IMG/VR virus record: IMGVR_UViG_3300022666_000111
Length of the DNA: 64,000 bases
Origin: a virus
Lineage: Duplodnaviria; Caudoviricetes
Reading direction: 5' to 3' (one strand)
Below the pieces are notes generated by a model. That model had not been told where the DNA came from, did not search any database, and was given only the letters and a program-made list of their open reading frames with translations. A program made the position numbers and the translations under genes. Each line of letters begins with the position of its first letter. Position 1 is the stretch's first letter. This document shows positions 9,630 to 19,063 of the stretch, piece by piece.

Positions 9630-9983
9630 ATGGTAAGCACAAACAGCTTCAACTTTCTGTACGACGTGGGCCAAACAGTCTACGCAAGGGTGTCCAAGAA
9701 ACGACAGGTACCCGTGCAGTGCGTGATTTGCAACAGCACGGGTGAGGCGGTCATCACAGGTAAGACCTTCACGTGCCCTGAGTGCCATGGCGAAAAGAAT
9801 ACGTTGGAAGAGTTGGTGGTGTCGGCCGAACCGTTTACGGTCATACGTGTGATGGCCACCAAGTGTGCTTCAAGAGGCTGTAGGGTGCGCTATGAAGTGT
9901 CCGGTGGACGCGCCATGAAAGTGTTCGAAGAAAGTGAGCTGTATGCCTCTGAAGCCGAAGCCAACCCCGCACAAGACCATTAA
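9630..9983 (+). CDS. DnaJ-type zinc-finger-like protein
   Basis: CVICNSTG...CPECHG. Confidence 0.6.
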   Translation: MVSTNSFNFLYDVGQTVYARVSKKRQVPVQCVICNSTGEAVITGKTFTCPECHGEKNTLEELVVSAEPFTVIRVMATKCASRGCRVRYEVSGGRAMKVFEESELYASEAEANPAQDH

Positions 9984-10008
9984 TCCTTCTATATTGCGTA
10001 TAGGGCAT

Positions 10009-10104
10009 GTTGTTCCCTTGCCCTGGTGGAACAAAAGAACGTTGCTCCCTTGCCCCGGTGGAGCAAAAGAACGTTGCTCCCTTGCCCCGGTGGAGCAAAA
10101 GAAC
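10009..10104 (+). repeat. Three tandem 32-bp hairpin repeats, no spacers
   Basis: gttgctcccttgccccggtggagcaaaagaac x3; stem TTGCTCC/GGAGCAA with compensatory TTGTTCC/GGAACAA in copy 1. Confidence 0.9.
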
Positions 10105-10140
10105 TAAAACCCATCCTGCTCAAGCAGGTGTTGATTTACA

Positions 10141-10222
10141 CCAGCCCATCTTGGAGTGCTGGTCCTTAGTGCAGCCACTTTTGGAGTGTTGAGCCTGTCG
10201 CCAGCCACTTTTGGAGTGTTGG
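10141..10222 (+). repeat. Three 30-bp-period repeats
   Basis: ccagccacttttggagtgttgg-like units at 10141, 10171, 10201. Confidence 0.85.
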
Positions 10223-10229
10223 CCCTTAC

Positions 10230-10445
10230 TTCGCTTGCGTTCGAAAGTTCTGCCGCGATATCGTGGACTTCGTGACCGACCGGGAGACCCTCAAGAAGGG
10301 GATCTACGCGCACCTCTGGAACGCCGAGATCCGTTGCCGCAAGGACATCCCCGCAGGTTACCTTGTGCGCATCGGTGAGGATGAGGGCAATCGGGATCTC
10401 CGCGCGGCTTGGAAGCCCTCGCGAAAGAAGCTCTACCGCTACTAA
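10230..10445 (+). pseudogene. Major-capsid-like fragment (truncated, or GTG start at 10263)
   Basis: VRKFCRDIVDFVTDRETLKKGIYAHLWNAEI..KDIPAG resembles recalled capsid segment; TAG upstream in frame. Confidence 0.5.
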
Positions 10446-10463
10446 GCGGTGTAGAATGAGGGC

Positions 10464-10814
10464 ATGCAAGATATCGCGGCCTTCATTCACAACAACTGGA
10501 ACGCAATACGAGCCGTAGCGCTCAACAGCCCTCCCGACCACGTTTTGGTCGTATGGATGGGCACCAAGAATCTCGTCATCAATGCAACCCCTCGGGAGCA
10601 GCTCATCGCCGAGGACCCCGAGGCCGCCCCGGAGGCCGCCAAGGCGGGGCCACTACCGTCAACGGAAGGGGCCGTTGCCACCATCTGGCTTGCCATCTGT
10701 ACACGCCAGACGGAAGACACCTTCCAAATCGCCTGGTGTGCCGTGGATTTCATGGCAGACGAGACAGGCTCTCCCGAGATCGTCGACAAGCGTATGAACG
10801 CCAAGGGGGGGTGA
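10464..10814 (+). CDS. Hypothetical protein
   Basis: Leaderless ATG 9 nt after GGTGTAG. Confidence 0.65.
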   Translation: MQDIAAFIHNNWNAIRAVALNSPPDHVLVVWMGTKNLVINATPREQLIAEDPEAAPEAAKAGPLPSTEGAVATIWLAICTRQTEDTFQIAWCAVDFMADETGSPEIVDKRMNAKGG

Positions 10815-10817
10815 CGC

Positions 10818-11318
10818 GTGAGCAAGGACGCCCTCAAGGATCTCCAAGACCGGCTGGTCGGCAAGCGCATCCTCGCCATCGAACCGGCGAACGCCTCCGA
10901 AGGCGTCTGCCTCTTCAGGACCGAAGACGGCCACGCCTTTCGCTTACACGCCACGGACCTTGGCTTCTGGACGGAGGATACCGTTGGAGAGGACGGTTAC
11001 TACCCCTCCCTACATGCCCTCATGGTGGAGTACTCATACCACAACCACGACATTTCCCCGGGCTACAACTACAACCCGCCTGACGCCAAGGCAGTGTTCA
11101 AGGACGGCGTCCTCACGGTCCGATCGCCGAAGAAGCGTGAATTCAAGATCCGTGAGGCCAAGCTCACGCCTTGGGAGCTTACGGTTGCCAAAGACAAGGC
11201 GGGTCCACGGCTTCTGGGATTTGCCGCCCTCATGGGAGATGCTTGGAGGACCCCGTTCACGGGTAGCTACGAAGGCTGCCCCAAGCGTCTCGTCCTCCTA
11301 CCAACGATGACACCGTAG
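10818..11318 (+). CDS. Hypothetical protein
   Basis: 166-aa ORF in operon. Confidence 0.6.
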   Translation: MSKDALKDLQDRLVGKRILAIEPANASEGVCLFRTEDGHAFRLHATDLGFWTEDTVGEDGYYPSLHALMVEYSYHNHDISPGYNYNPPDAKAVFKDGVLTVRSPKKREFKIREAKLTPWELTVAKDKAGPRLLGFAALMGDAWRTPFTGSYEGCPKRLVLLPTMTP

Positions 11319-11576
11319 TGCTTTCTGATTGATCGCCCACCCCTTGCGGCATAACACCCGCGAGAAAGGACCCCTCATGTACACCTCAACACTATCCTGC
11401 CTGTACTGCCAAAAGACCCTCTCTCGTCCCGGTTATGACATCGTGGCCCTCACCGAGACCGCCCGCAAGAAGGGCTGGCGTCCCGTCTTCTTGCGCCTTG
11501 GAGCTGCTGCCGAATGGACGTGCCCTGAGTGTGCAGCCAAGGCGGCGAAGGCCCAATCCCAAGCGAAGGTGGCCCC

Positions 11577-11894
11577 ATGCTAGAGGGCTTCTTCTTCCTC
11601 GTTGCTTGCGTAGCGCTGGGCATGGCTGGTTGGTTCGTGCTGTATCACTACATGACCGTCAACCGGAAGCCTCGGCGCCTCTACACGACGAACGAGCTTG
11701 GAGGGCTTCCTCCGCCGATCGCGCCCTTCATCCGTGAGGCCCCCGTCGACCCGGATAAGGCCGATTGGGACGCGCGGCTCAAGGCTTGGGAGAAGTTGCG
11801 AGCTGAAGAGGCCGCTGCAACGATCGCGGCGGACGATCCGGACCTCTACGATGTCCTCGAAAAGGCCGCTGAAAAGGGGAGGCGTCATGTCTGA
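11577..11894 (+). CDS. Single-pass membrane protein
   Basis: Hydrophobic N-terminus FFFLVACVALGMAGWFVLY. Confidence 0.6.
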   Translation: MLEGFFFLVACVALGMAGWFVLYHYMTVNRKPRRLYTTNELGGLPPPIAPFIREAPVDPDKADWDARLKAWEKLRAEEAAATIAADDPDLYDVLEKAAEKGRRHV

Positions 11895-12333
11895 CACTAA
11901 AATGCCCATCGCGAAGATCAAGCTCAGAGCGCCCCATCATTGGGACAATGTGGGGGACGCCGGGGACGGCTACAGCACGGTCTACAAGTGCAAGGTCTGC
12001 GGATGTAACGCGACGTCCAACGGGCGCCCGAACGATAAGGACTACCCGCCTTGCAAGTACGTGACGACCAAACCCAAGGGGATGCCCGTCAAGCCAATCT
12101 CTTCTGAGTCCCCCGGCATCGAGCCCCCGTGGGTTAGCGTCTACCTTCGGGGGACCTTACCCTTTGAGGCAAGCATCCCACGATGCTCGCTGTGTCCTTG
12201 CCACGTTGCCTATCCCTGGCCTCTTTGTGGGCTTCAGCGAAGTGTCATCAAGGACATGCCGAAGGACGGGACGCTCCCGGCGTCCTGCCCGCTACATAGG
12301 GGACCCTTCACGCTACGGAAGGGGGAGAAGTGA
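11887..12333 (+). CDS. Cys-rich hypothetical protein
   Basis: CKVCG, CSLCPC, SCPL motifs. Confidence 0.55.
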   Translation: MSDTKMPIAKIKLRAPHHWDNVGDAGDGYSTVYKCKVCGCNATSNGRPNDKDYPPCKYVTTKPKGMPVKPISSESPGIEPPWVSVYLRGTLPFEASIPRCSLCPCHVAYPWPLCGLQRSVIKDMPKDGTLPASCPLHRGPFTLRKGEK

Positions 12334-12671
12334 AGACCATTCCGACCTACACGGCCAACGTCTATGTTGGCCTTCGACACAGCTACACCTATAGCTACAC
12401 GACGGAAAACGTGGTCCGAAGGTGGCTGAAGGACTATTGCACCCGGGAGAAGACGGGCGTCACCCTCACCCCTACGGAGTTCATCTACGTGGACGGCGCG
12501 GAGCCTGGGGTTATCATCGGGCTGATCCGGTACCCACGCTTCCCCAAGGAGATCGAGCGAATCGAAGAGGAGGCGCTTGCCATCGCAAAGGGGCTGATGG
12601 AGCTTTGCCGCCAAGAGCGCGTCTCCGTGGTCTTCCCTGACAGAACCGTGATGCTGGAAGCGGGCACATGA
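12330..12671 (+). CDS. Phage hypothetical protein
   Basis: TPTEFIYVDGAEPGVIIGLIRYPRFP motif; overlap-coupled. Confidence 0.7.
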   Translation: MKTIPTYTANVYVGLRHSYTYSYTTENVVRRWLKDYCTREKTGVTLTPTEFIYVDGAEPGVIIGLIRYPRFPKEIERIEEEALAIAKGLMELCRQERVSVVFPDRTVMLEAGT

Positions 12672-13075
12672 GACCCTTCAAGCCATACGCCGTGCCTACC
12701 GGGATTCGTCCGGTGCGAACCATTGAGTACTATGAGGGGCCGCTCCTCATCGAATTGAAGGACGCTGAAGGCGCGACGTGGCTGATGTTCTGGGTTGATT
12801 GTGACACCACGCACAACCGCTGGCTTCTTCTGAGGCGGCGCCCTCTTGCCATCGAGGCATACCTCCACCGCAACCTTGACCGGCGAAGGCTCGTTCTCGG
12901 ATCTCGCTACTTCCACCCAGGTTTGAAGCAGCCCTCGGATGAACCTGTGGTAGCCGTAGACACCGACGTTAAGGGCCATTGGATCAGGGCTTGGTTGATC
13001 GACGTTCTCCCCGAGGAGTATATCCCAGAGCCCTTCACCTTCTTCGATCCGGAGACAAGCAATGCCGAGCCTTGA
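12668..13075 (+). CDS. Hypothetical protein
   Basis: YYEGPLL...W...RWL...LPEEYIP; ATGA overlap. Confidence 0.6.
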   Translation: MRPFKPYAVPTGIRPVRTIEYYEGPLLIELKDAEGATWLMFWVDCDTTHNRWLLLRRRPLAIEAYLHRNLDRRRLVLGSRYFHPGLKQPSDEPVVAVDTDVKGHWIRAWLIDVLPEEYIPEPFTFFDPETSNAEP

Positions 13076-13712
13076 CTTCCTCCCAACGATCCGCCCGCCT
13101 CAACGCGTCTACCAGGACACGGTTGAAAACGTCCGCGCATACATCGGCCAAGGCGGGGCGGTTGGGATCCCCGTCTACGACATAGACTTCGAGGGCCACG
13201 ACCTCGTGTGTATCCTTGCGCTCAAGGCCCAAGAGGCCGTCTCGAAAGAAACGCCCCTAAGCGAAGAGATCCAGCGCCTCGTCACAAGCCTCTTCCAAGA
13301 CCGGGCTCGCTTGATCGTCAAGCCTGGGCAAAGGCGGCGCGTTTATGACGAGGATGGCGATATCCATTCGAACGCCGTCCCATACTACTCCTCTGACGAC
13401 GCCGCAGAGGACATGATGGCGGCCATTCGAGCGGAGTCACACTGGAGGGACGTCCTCGACGAGATCTACCGCGTCGCAAGCGAGGCCCTCGGCGGACGCA
13501 AGCTCTTCTTCGCCTTCGTGGACATCCTCCAATTCGACATTGACGGATTGGAACGCCAGCTCACCAAACTAGGCCACCGTCAGGTTGAATTCGCGATCAT
13601 CGTAGACAACAACACGGACGGATTCACGATTCCGAAGGCTCCGCCCTTGCCGCCACCGCCGCCGAAGCCTCCAGAGGACTTCTTCGAGCACCTCGAGGTA
13701 GATTGGATTTAA
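13062..13712 (+). CDS. Hypothetical protein with Pro linker and C-terminal acidic tag
   Basis: Ends PPPPPKPPEDFFEHLEVDWI. Confidence 0.7.
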   Translation: MPSLDFLPTIRPPQRVYQDTVENVRAYIGQGGAVGIPVYDIDFEGHDLVCILALKAQEAVSKETPLSEEIQRLVTSLFQDRARLIVKPGQRRRVYDEDGDIHSNAVPYYSSDDAAEDMMAAIRAESHWRDVLDEIYRVASEALGGRKLFFAFVDILQFDIDGLERQLTKLGHRQVEFAIIVDNNTDGFTIPKAPPLPPPPPKPPEDFFEHLEVDWI

Positions 13713-13714
13713 CC

Positions 13715-14086
13715 ATGCGACGTCTCATCCCCATTCTCATCGCCCTTTGCTCCTGCGGAAACTACGCCAAGATCGATGGAGGCCGTGTAGGTGAGGGTAA
13801 GCTGGGCGGCATTCGTCCGGGGCCGTATGACCCTGATGTTGTCGTTGTTGGCGCGCACGTATCCCTTGCGGCGGGGGACGTGCCTTGTGACGACGCGGAT
13901 CCGAACTACGTCACAACGGACGTCAAAGGGGAGTACGAGTACCTCCACGTAGATTCAGGGTGCAGCGAGGACCCGGATCGCTACACGTTCTGCGTGATTC
14001 ACCCTGACTACGAGACGTTCCGAGAGGTCTTGATGCACCGCCCGGTAGGGCCGAACATCAACGTGGAGCTGGTCAGGAAGCCTTGA
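13715..14086 (+). CDS. Putative lipoprotein
   Basis: MRRLIPILIALCSC lipobox-like signal. Confidence 0.6.
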   Translation: MRRLIPILIALCSCGNYAKIDGGRVGEGKLGGIRPGPYDPDVVVVGAHVSLAAGDVPCDDADPNYVTTDVKGEYEYLHVDSGCSEDPDRYTFCVIHPDYETFREVLMHRPVGPNINVELVRKP

Positions 14087-14288
14087 AACCGCAGATCGGG
14101 CAAGTGTCTTTGAACCCGCTGCGGCCAAGGAAGGGATGGCAGACCCGGTGACATAGGGGCTCAGAGGCTCGGCGATGCTGCTCCTTTCGGATGACATCGT
14201 GCAAGGACGCCGCTAGGCGCGTCCTCCCCTCGGCTGAGCTGAGCGCGTCTTTGACAAGCTCGTCGGGACTTGGGGGTTTATCGGTCAT
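14073..14288 (-). CDS. Small protein: capsid-N-terminus-like helix plus zinc finger
   Basis: ALSSAEGRTRLAASL..IR followed by CHRVCH...CPICG. Confidence 0.5.
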   Translation of the reverse strand: MTDKPPSPDELVKDALSSAEGRTRLAASLHDVIRKEQHRRASEPLCHRVCHPFLGRSGFKDTCPICGFKAS

Positions 14289-14773
14289 GACAGCCTCACG
14301 CAAGCAACGTTACCAAAGACGAAGGCTATGCCATCGCGCCCTTCGGACCAGGGGTTCATCCCGAGGAATTCTGGCTCCGGAAGACCTACAATGACACCAT
14401 CGGGGAAGGCGTACTCCGGCGCAATGACTACACGCGCCGTGGTAGGGGGCAGCACCGTCTCTCCGGAGACATAGAGCGTCGTGATCCGGAGATCCTGAAC
14501 CTGGCTCTCGAGCGCGTCCATGAGCGTCCCTTCAAACCCAGGGGGCAGTACCGTCGTGGCCCGTTGGAAAGCTGGAGTGGCCTTGACCATCTCGTTGAAG
14601 ATTCGGTTGAAGTCAAGGTTGGCGTGCAGTGTGATTGGATGCCGTCCGTCTCGGATCACCATGTGGATAGCATCCGCATCCATCCCAAGGATGTAGATGG
14701 GTTTGTCGAAGTCATAGTAGACGGCGCACAGGTCGGGAACGTGGTCCCTTGTGAGGAGTTCGCGGTAGTCCAT
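14285..14773 (-). CDS. Miniaturised major-capsid-like protein
   Basis: DLRITTLYVS...PDGVIVGLPEPEFLGMNP; leaderless after GGTGTAG. Confidence 0.5.
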   Translation of the reverse strand: MDYRELLTRDHVPDLCAVYYDFDKPIYILGMDADAIHMVIRDGRHPITLHANLDFNRIFNEMVKATPAFQRATTVLPPGFEGTLMDALESQVQDLRITTLYVSGETVLPPTTARVVIAPEYAFPDGVIVGLPEPEFLGMNPWSEGRDGIAFVFGNVACVRLS

Positions 14774-14808
14774 AGGGTACACTACACCAGGGCGGTGTAG
14801 ACGCCCTC

Positions 14809-15165
14809 ATGACTGTATCCGTTCGCACCCACCCCGACGTTACGCAGTTCCGATTCCCTAATGACCCGCATCTCGACGAGCTACACGACGCCGAGACCGA
14901 ACGATCTGCGGTCAATTCCAATTGGTGGTCGCAACTCCTCCAGACGTTACTTGTCCTGGCCCTCGTAGGGCTGGCCTCTTGGAATGGGGCAAGTGACCGC
15001 GCCATCCTACGAACCGCGCTGCTTTGTTGGATGGGGCAGCTCATCGGCGTGCTCATTCGTCGCACGTTGGTCTACAGGAGGTACGCTAAGGCCCGCGCTA
15101 CCTGGATCGAAGAGGTCCGACGTGACCCAACGTGGACGCCGTCTGACACGGACAAGCCGGTGTAG
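14809..15165 (+). CDS. Two-TM membrane protein
   Basis: Two hydrophobic stretches; leaderless after GGTGTAG. Confidence 0.6.
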   Translation: MTVSVRTHPDVTQFRFPNDPHLDELHDAETERSAVNSNWWSQLLQTLLVLALVGLASWNGASDRAILRTALLCWMGQLIGVLIRRTLVYRRYAKARATWIEEVRRDPTWTPSDTDKPV

Positions 15166-15364
15166 GGGTTACCATGGCAATCGTCGAGACATACTACCGG
15201 ATTCGGATCAAGGACAAGTGGCTGGACGATCTTGGGGGTGCTTGTGACTATCGCGCCCATGCAGCCATCTTTCAGACGCTGGAGGGTGCCAAGGTTGGTC
15301 GGTTCCGCGCCCGCAAGCACTTCCCCCGCAAGGCTGTCAAGATCATCCGAGTCAACGTTTACGG

Positions 15365-15397
15365 TTGATCTCACACATGCCCCGGCATACTAGGGGC
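15365..15397 (+). promoter_or_regulatory. Class-1 promoter TTGATC-N13-GGCATA-N8-ATG (representative of about 19 copies)
   Basis: ttgatctcacacatgccccggcatactaggggc then ATG 15398; fixed spacing across the window. Confidence 0.85.
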
Positions 15398-15621
15398 ATG
15401 AAGATCCATCTCGCCAACAAGACCATCGAAGTAAGCCCCAACCATGAGCTTTACAACCTCGAGGTCCTCTTCGGGATCGACGGGGAAGCCAGAGGGATCA
15501 TCACCCGAACCCGTGATGGTAAGATCTGGAGCGCCGTCGAGCACAACGGCGAGCTTGAGGTCCTCTCGGGGCAAATGCCCGTAGGGGTCTACCTGGTGTA
15601 GTGAGGTCCAACGAGGACCAA

Positions 15622-16821
15622 ATGGGATGTTTTGACTACACATGTGCCGTTTCCGGCCTATCCATAGGAGGAGGGGATCGAGTGCGTTATCTCCTCTTGA
15701 ACGAAAACCCGCATCACAACCCCGCCGAGCACGCGTGTTACATTGACGGTCGGTGGGCGCCTCGGACGATACCGATCCGAGCAAATTACAATGACTACGG
15801 GACCATCGAGGACTACAAGGAGGACATCTTTGTCAAGGTCATCACGGAGCAATTCAAGCAAGACTTGATCACCCGTGGAGTCGGGGAGAACCAGTGTCAC
15901 GACATCGCCGTCACGCGGGACATGTCATTCAAGGGCTTTCTTGAGGCCATCTGGGAGGGCAGGGTGCTTGTAGGCCACCAGCCCAGCGGCGTTAAGATGA
16001 AGCGAAAGGCGCCCCCGAAGGGAGTCCCCACCATTCGGCGCGTTTGCAAGGCGCTCCAAAAGGCGGGATTCACCGTCCAAGGGGAGTTCCAGGGCTACCT
16101 CGTGAGCCTTCAGAAGAGGGGATTCGTGCGTGTACGCTGCGCAGAATTCCAGAACCAAATCGAGCACCTTGAGAAGGCCGCCAAGGCCCTCACTGAGTAC
16201 GCCACGATGATCACGGTCGCCAAGGATTTGAGCAACGGCGGTGACCTCATCGTTGGCCCGAAGCCAGGACGTTACGAGGGCATCTCCTTCGCCAAGCTGC
16301 GTGAGGATCTGCATCGCCCACGCTACGTCGCCCAAGCCATGATCCGTGAGGACGTGTGGCAAGCCCTCTGCAACCTCCGCCCAATGGACGAAGGCGGGTC
16401 ACAACCCCTCCAATGGTTCAAGGATGGCATTCGAGGTGTTCTGGCCAAGCTCGAGGAGATTCGGAAGGCGGATCCCCGGGACGCCTTCCGTCTTGACCTA
16501 GACCTTCGACATGGCAACGAATTCATGCTCTACCGTTACCTCCAAGGCCCCGGGGTCGTAGGCGGGATCACCGAGGCCCTCGAGGTCTTCATCGGCTTGA
16601 ACCCGACCGCCGAAGAGAAGGAAGAGGTCATCAACACGCTCGGGGAGCTAGCCTACATCACGGACGTGCTCAACAACGTCCGCTACCAGTGGCACCCCGG
16701 GAGCGCTAACGGACCGCAATGCGGTGCCTGGCGCGACCACAAGCAGTACCTCCAAGCGTTGGCTGGAGTCGCCGACGCCATAGTCCAAGAACACGAACGC
16801 GAGGGGTTCTACGACCCGTAA
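15622..16821 (+). CDS. Phage hypothetical protein
   Basis: MGCFDYTCAVSGLSI..GD.V and YNDYG motifs; SD GAGG. Confidence 0.75.
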   Translation: MGCFDYTCAVSGLSIGGGDRVRYLLLNENPHHNPAEHACYIDGRWAPRTIPIRANYNDYGTIEDYKEDIFVKVITEQFKQDLITRGVGENQCHDIAVTRDMSFKGFLEAIWEGRVLVGHQPSGVKMKRKAPPKGVPTIRRVCKALQKAGFTVQGEFQGYLVSLQKRGFVRVRCAEFQNQIEHLEKAAKALTEYATMITVAKDLSNGGDLIVGPKPGRYEGISFAKLREDLHRPRYVAQAMIREDVWQALCNLRPMDEGGSQPLQWFKDGIRGVLAKLEEIRKADPRDAFRLDLDLRHGNEFMLYRYLQGPGVVGGITEALEVFIGLNPTAEEKEEVINTLGELAYITDVLNNVRYQWHPGSANGPQCGAWRDHKQYLQALAGVADAIVQEHEREGFYDP

Positions 16822-16835
16822 TCGAGGAGATCGCT

Positions 16836-17255
16836 ATGTTTAGCCTGGCTTTCATGATCATGTCACTGCTCACGCAGAATGGGGACACGCTGCAAGACAC
16901 GCTCGCCATCATGGATGACCCCATGTCTTGCGGAGTCTCGACGGACGCCGATGGCATTCGACGTGATCGGATGACGCGTTGGGCTCCCGGCGATCCCGTG
17001 TGCATGTTCAACTCGATCGACAACGCCTATCACTTCGCCCATGAGGTCCTTTGGAGAGCCAACGGAGGGGCAATCTACGGCGCCAATGTTGACTGCCGAG
17101 GCAACCTCACGGCTGATAGCGTGCCCTGCCTCGTGGACGTAACCGACAAGAACTACAAGGTCCGCCGAAAGGTCTGGATCGCTTGTGAATCCGCCCGTCA
17201 CTGCGGGCACTACGGCAACACCAAGGGTCAATGCTGCAAGATGCTGGTGTACTGA
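16836..17255 (+). CDS. Putative secreted Cys-rich protein
   Basis: Signal-like N-terminus, many Cys; SD GAGGAG. Confidence 0.55.
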   Translation: MFSLAFMIMSLLTQNGDTLQDTLAIMDDPMSCGVSTDADGIRRDRMTRWAPGDPVCMFNSIDNAYHFAHEVLWRANGGAIYGANVDCRGNLTADSVPCLVDVTDKNYKVRRKVWIACESARHCGHYGNTKGQCCKMLVY

Positions 17256-17265
17256 GGAGACCACT

Positions 17266-18228
17266 ATGAGCTTTCACAAATACCCATCCATTGTTCTCCT
17301 CCGCGATCGGCAAGACCTCTTTGCCGTCAAGGAGGTCGTTTGCACCGAGAAGCTCCACGGGAGCAACTTCCGGATTCACTTCCCCTGCGGCATGACGAGC
17401 CTCGACGAGGTGCAATTCGGCTCCCATGACGTCGAGATGACGCCCGGTGAGCCCTTCCCCCTTGGCGTCGCCGTCAACTGGTTCAAGGCCCGGCCCAACC
17501 TCTTGCAATCCATGTGGGACGTCATCAAGAGCTACGGCTTCTCGGAGGCGACCGTCTACGGTGAAGCCTACGGCCCTGGGATCAAGGCCAAGGGGATCCG
17601 CTATTCGACGGGGACTGAGATGCTCTTCCGCGCCTTCGATATCATGATCGGGGACAACTTCTTGACCTATGACCTCTTCGTCGAAGTCACGGACAAGATG
17701 GGGCTCAACCGCGCCCACCTGGTCTACAAAGGCCCACCAAGCCAAGAGGCATTCGACCAGCTCCTCGAGGTCCCGTCGCTCGAGGCCAAGCACAACGGAA
17801 TCAACGACCCCGCCAACATCGCCGAGGGGATCGTCATTCGGAGCAACCCGCTCTTCCGTGACGTCTTCGGCGATTGGCTCATCGCCAAGCACAAGGCTGC
17901 CAAGTTCTCAGAGGTCGCGAAGCAACGGCCCCCGAAAGGCCCACGATCGGCTACGCCCGCCGATGAGTTCGCCTTGACCTGTGTGATCGAGGGACGCGTC
18001 CGGAACGCCGTAGGGCGCCTCCAGGACCGAGGCGTGGCCCTCACCATGACGATGAAGGACATGCCCGTACTGCTTGACGAGATGATCGCCGACCTCGACA
18101 AGGAATGCCGGAGCGTTTGGGAAGAGATCGCTCCAGACAAGCCCTTCCAAGAGGCCCTCAATAAGGGCTCCATCAGCCGCGTTCTTGGCCCGCTCTTCCG
18201 AAAGATGCTCGAGGACAAGTCGCTATGA
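17266..18228 (+). CDS. RNA ligase, Rnl2 family
   Basis: EKLHGSNF (motif I), YGEAYG, FRAFDI, EGIVIR, KHK. Confidence 0.9.
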   Translation: MSFHKYPSIVLLRDRQDLFAVKEVVCTEKLHGSNFRIHFPCGMTSLDEVQFGSHDVEMTPGEPFPLGVAVNWFKARPNLLQSMWDVIKSYGFSEATVYGEAYGPGIKAKGIRYSTGTEMLFRAFDIMIGDNFLTYDLFVEVTDKMGLNRAHLVYKGPPSQEAFDQLLEVPSLEAKHNGINDPANIAEGIVIRSNPLFRDVFGDWLIAKHKAAKFSEVAKQRPPKGPRSATPADEFALTCVIEGRVRNAVGRLQDRGVALTMTMKDMPVLLDEMIADLDKECRSVWEEIAPDKPFQEALNKGSISRVLGPLFRKMLEDKSL

Positions 18229-18587
18229 AGAGCCACCATTGTCGCCATTGCGGCGACAAGCACGACAAGCTCAAGCCGTCCTACCGACGCTGGCGACTTG
18301 ACCGCCTCCTCACGGCGGTCCGTGCGATCATTGTAGCTCAAAAGGACGGGGCATACATCACGGCGGAGGACGTCGGGACGCAGCTACGCGCCCGCAAGCA
18401 CCTGGTTGAGCAATGCTTCCACAGGCTCAACCTCGAGGGCCTCTTGAGCCAAGGCTTGAACCTTGCGCCACATGACTCCACGCGAGACCCTTGGACGCCC
18501 GGGGGTGACTCAGCCTGGAGGGCAACCGTTTACACAACACGCAAACCCAATGAGGTATGTGATGAGTCTCAATCCAAGCTGCAATAG
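18225..18587 (+). CDS. Winged-helix-like hypothetical protein
   Basis: ITAEDVG.QL....VEQCFHRLNLEGLL. Confidence 0.5.
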   Translation: MKSHHCRHCGDKHDKLKPSYRRWRLDRLLTAVRAIIVAQKDGAYITAEDVGTQLRARKHLVEQCFHRLNLEGLLSQGLNLAPHDSTRDPWTPGGDSAWRATVYTTRKPNEVCDESQSKLQ

Positions 18588-19062
18588 TGTTAAGGGAAAA
18601 GGGCTTCCCGTAATCGGTGACGGCCCCCGTCCATTCGACGCCAACGAGAAGGCCAAGGAAGAGCTTCGCCGCGCCTTCCCGGGCGTCGTCTTTCGCGAGA
18701 AGACGGAGGTCCGGAAGTGCTACAAGGAGGGCTCCGAGCCGTGGAAGCTCGCCCGGATGGGCATCCATGGTGCCTGTGAGGTAAAGCCCGAGGACATCGT
18801 GGAAGTCACGCTCTACGACTTGACCGCCGAGGCGGATGGCTGGGTGTTTCGCCGGGCGTGGTACTACTGGTGCTGCAACACGGTCAAACGCTCCGTCCCC
18901 TTGGAAATCGCCAAGGAGTTCAACGAGACCTGGCGAGAGGTTGTCCGCGTCGACGGGTTTGCGGGCGGCCAAGACGTTAGACGCGACGTCGACGCCTATC
19001 ATGTTGACACGCAAGAGGGGCTTGACGCCCTCGGCGCGCTGATCCGATCCCTCCCGGTGTAG
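18550..19062 (+). CDS. Phage hypothetical protein
   Basis: FRRAWYYW...VRVDG...YHVDTQEGL. Confidence 0.65.
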   Translation: MRYVMSLNPSCNSVKGKGLPVIGDGPRPFDANEKAKEELRRAFPGVVFREKTEVRKCYKEGSEPWKLARMGIHGACEVKPEDIVEVTLYDLTAEADGWVFRRAWYYWCCNTVKRSVPLEIAKEFNETWREVVRVDGFAGGQDVRRDVDAYHVDTQEGLDALGALIRSLPV

Positions 19063-19063
19063 A

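Noticed and set aside
10009-10222. CRISPR array
   Set aside because: The 32-bp units abut directly and the 30-bp-period units have only about 8-nt gaps; no unique spacers and no cas genes.
10464-10814. Second ubiquitin-like protein (ends KGG)
   Set aside because: No beta-grasp-like pattern; the terminal GG comes from a G run and is probably incidental.
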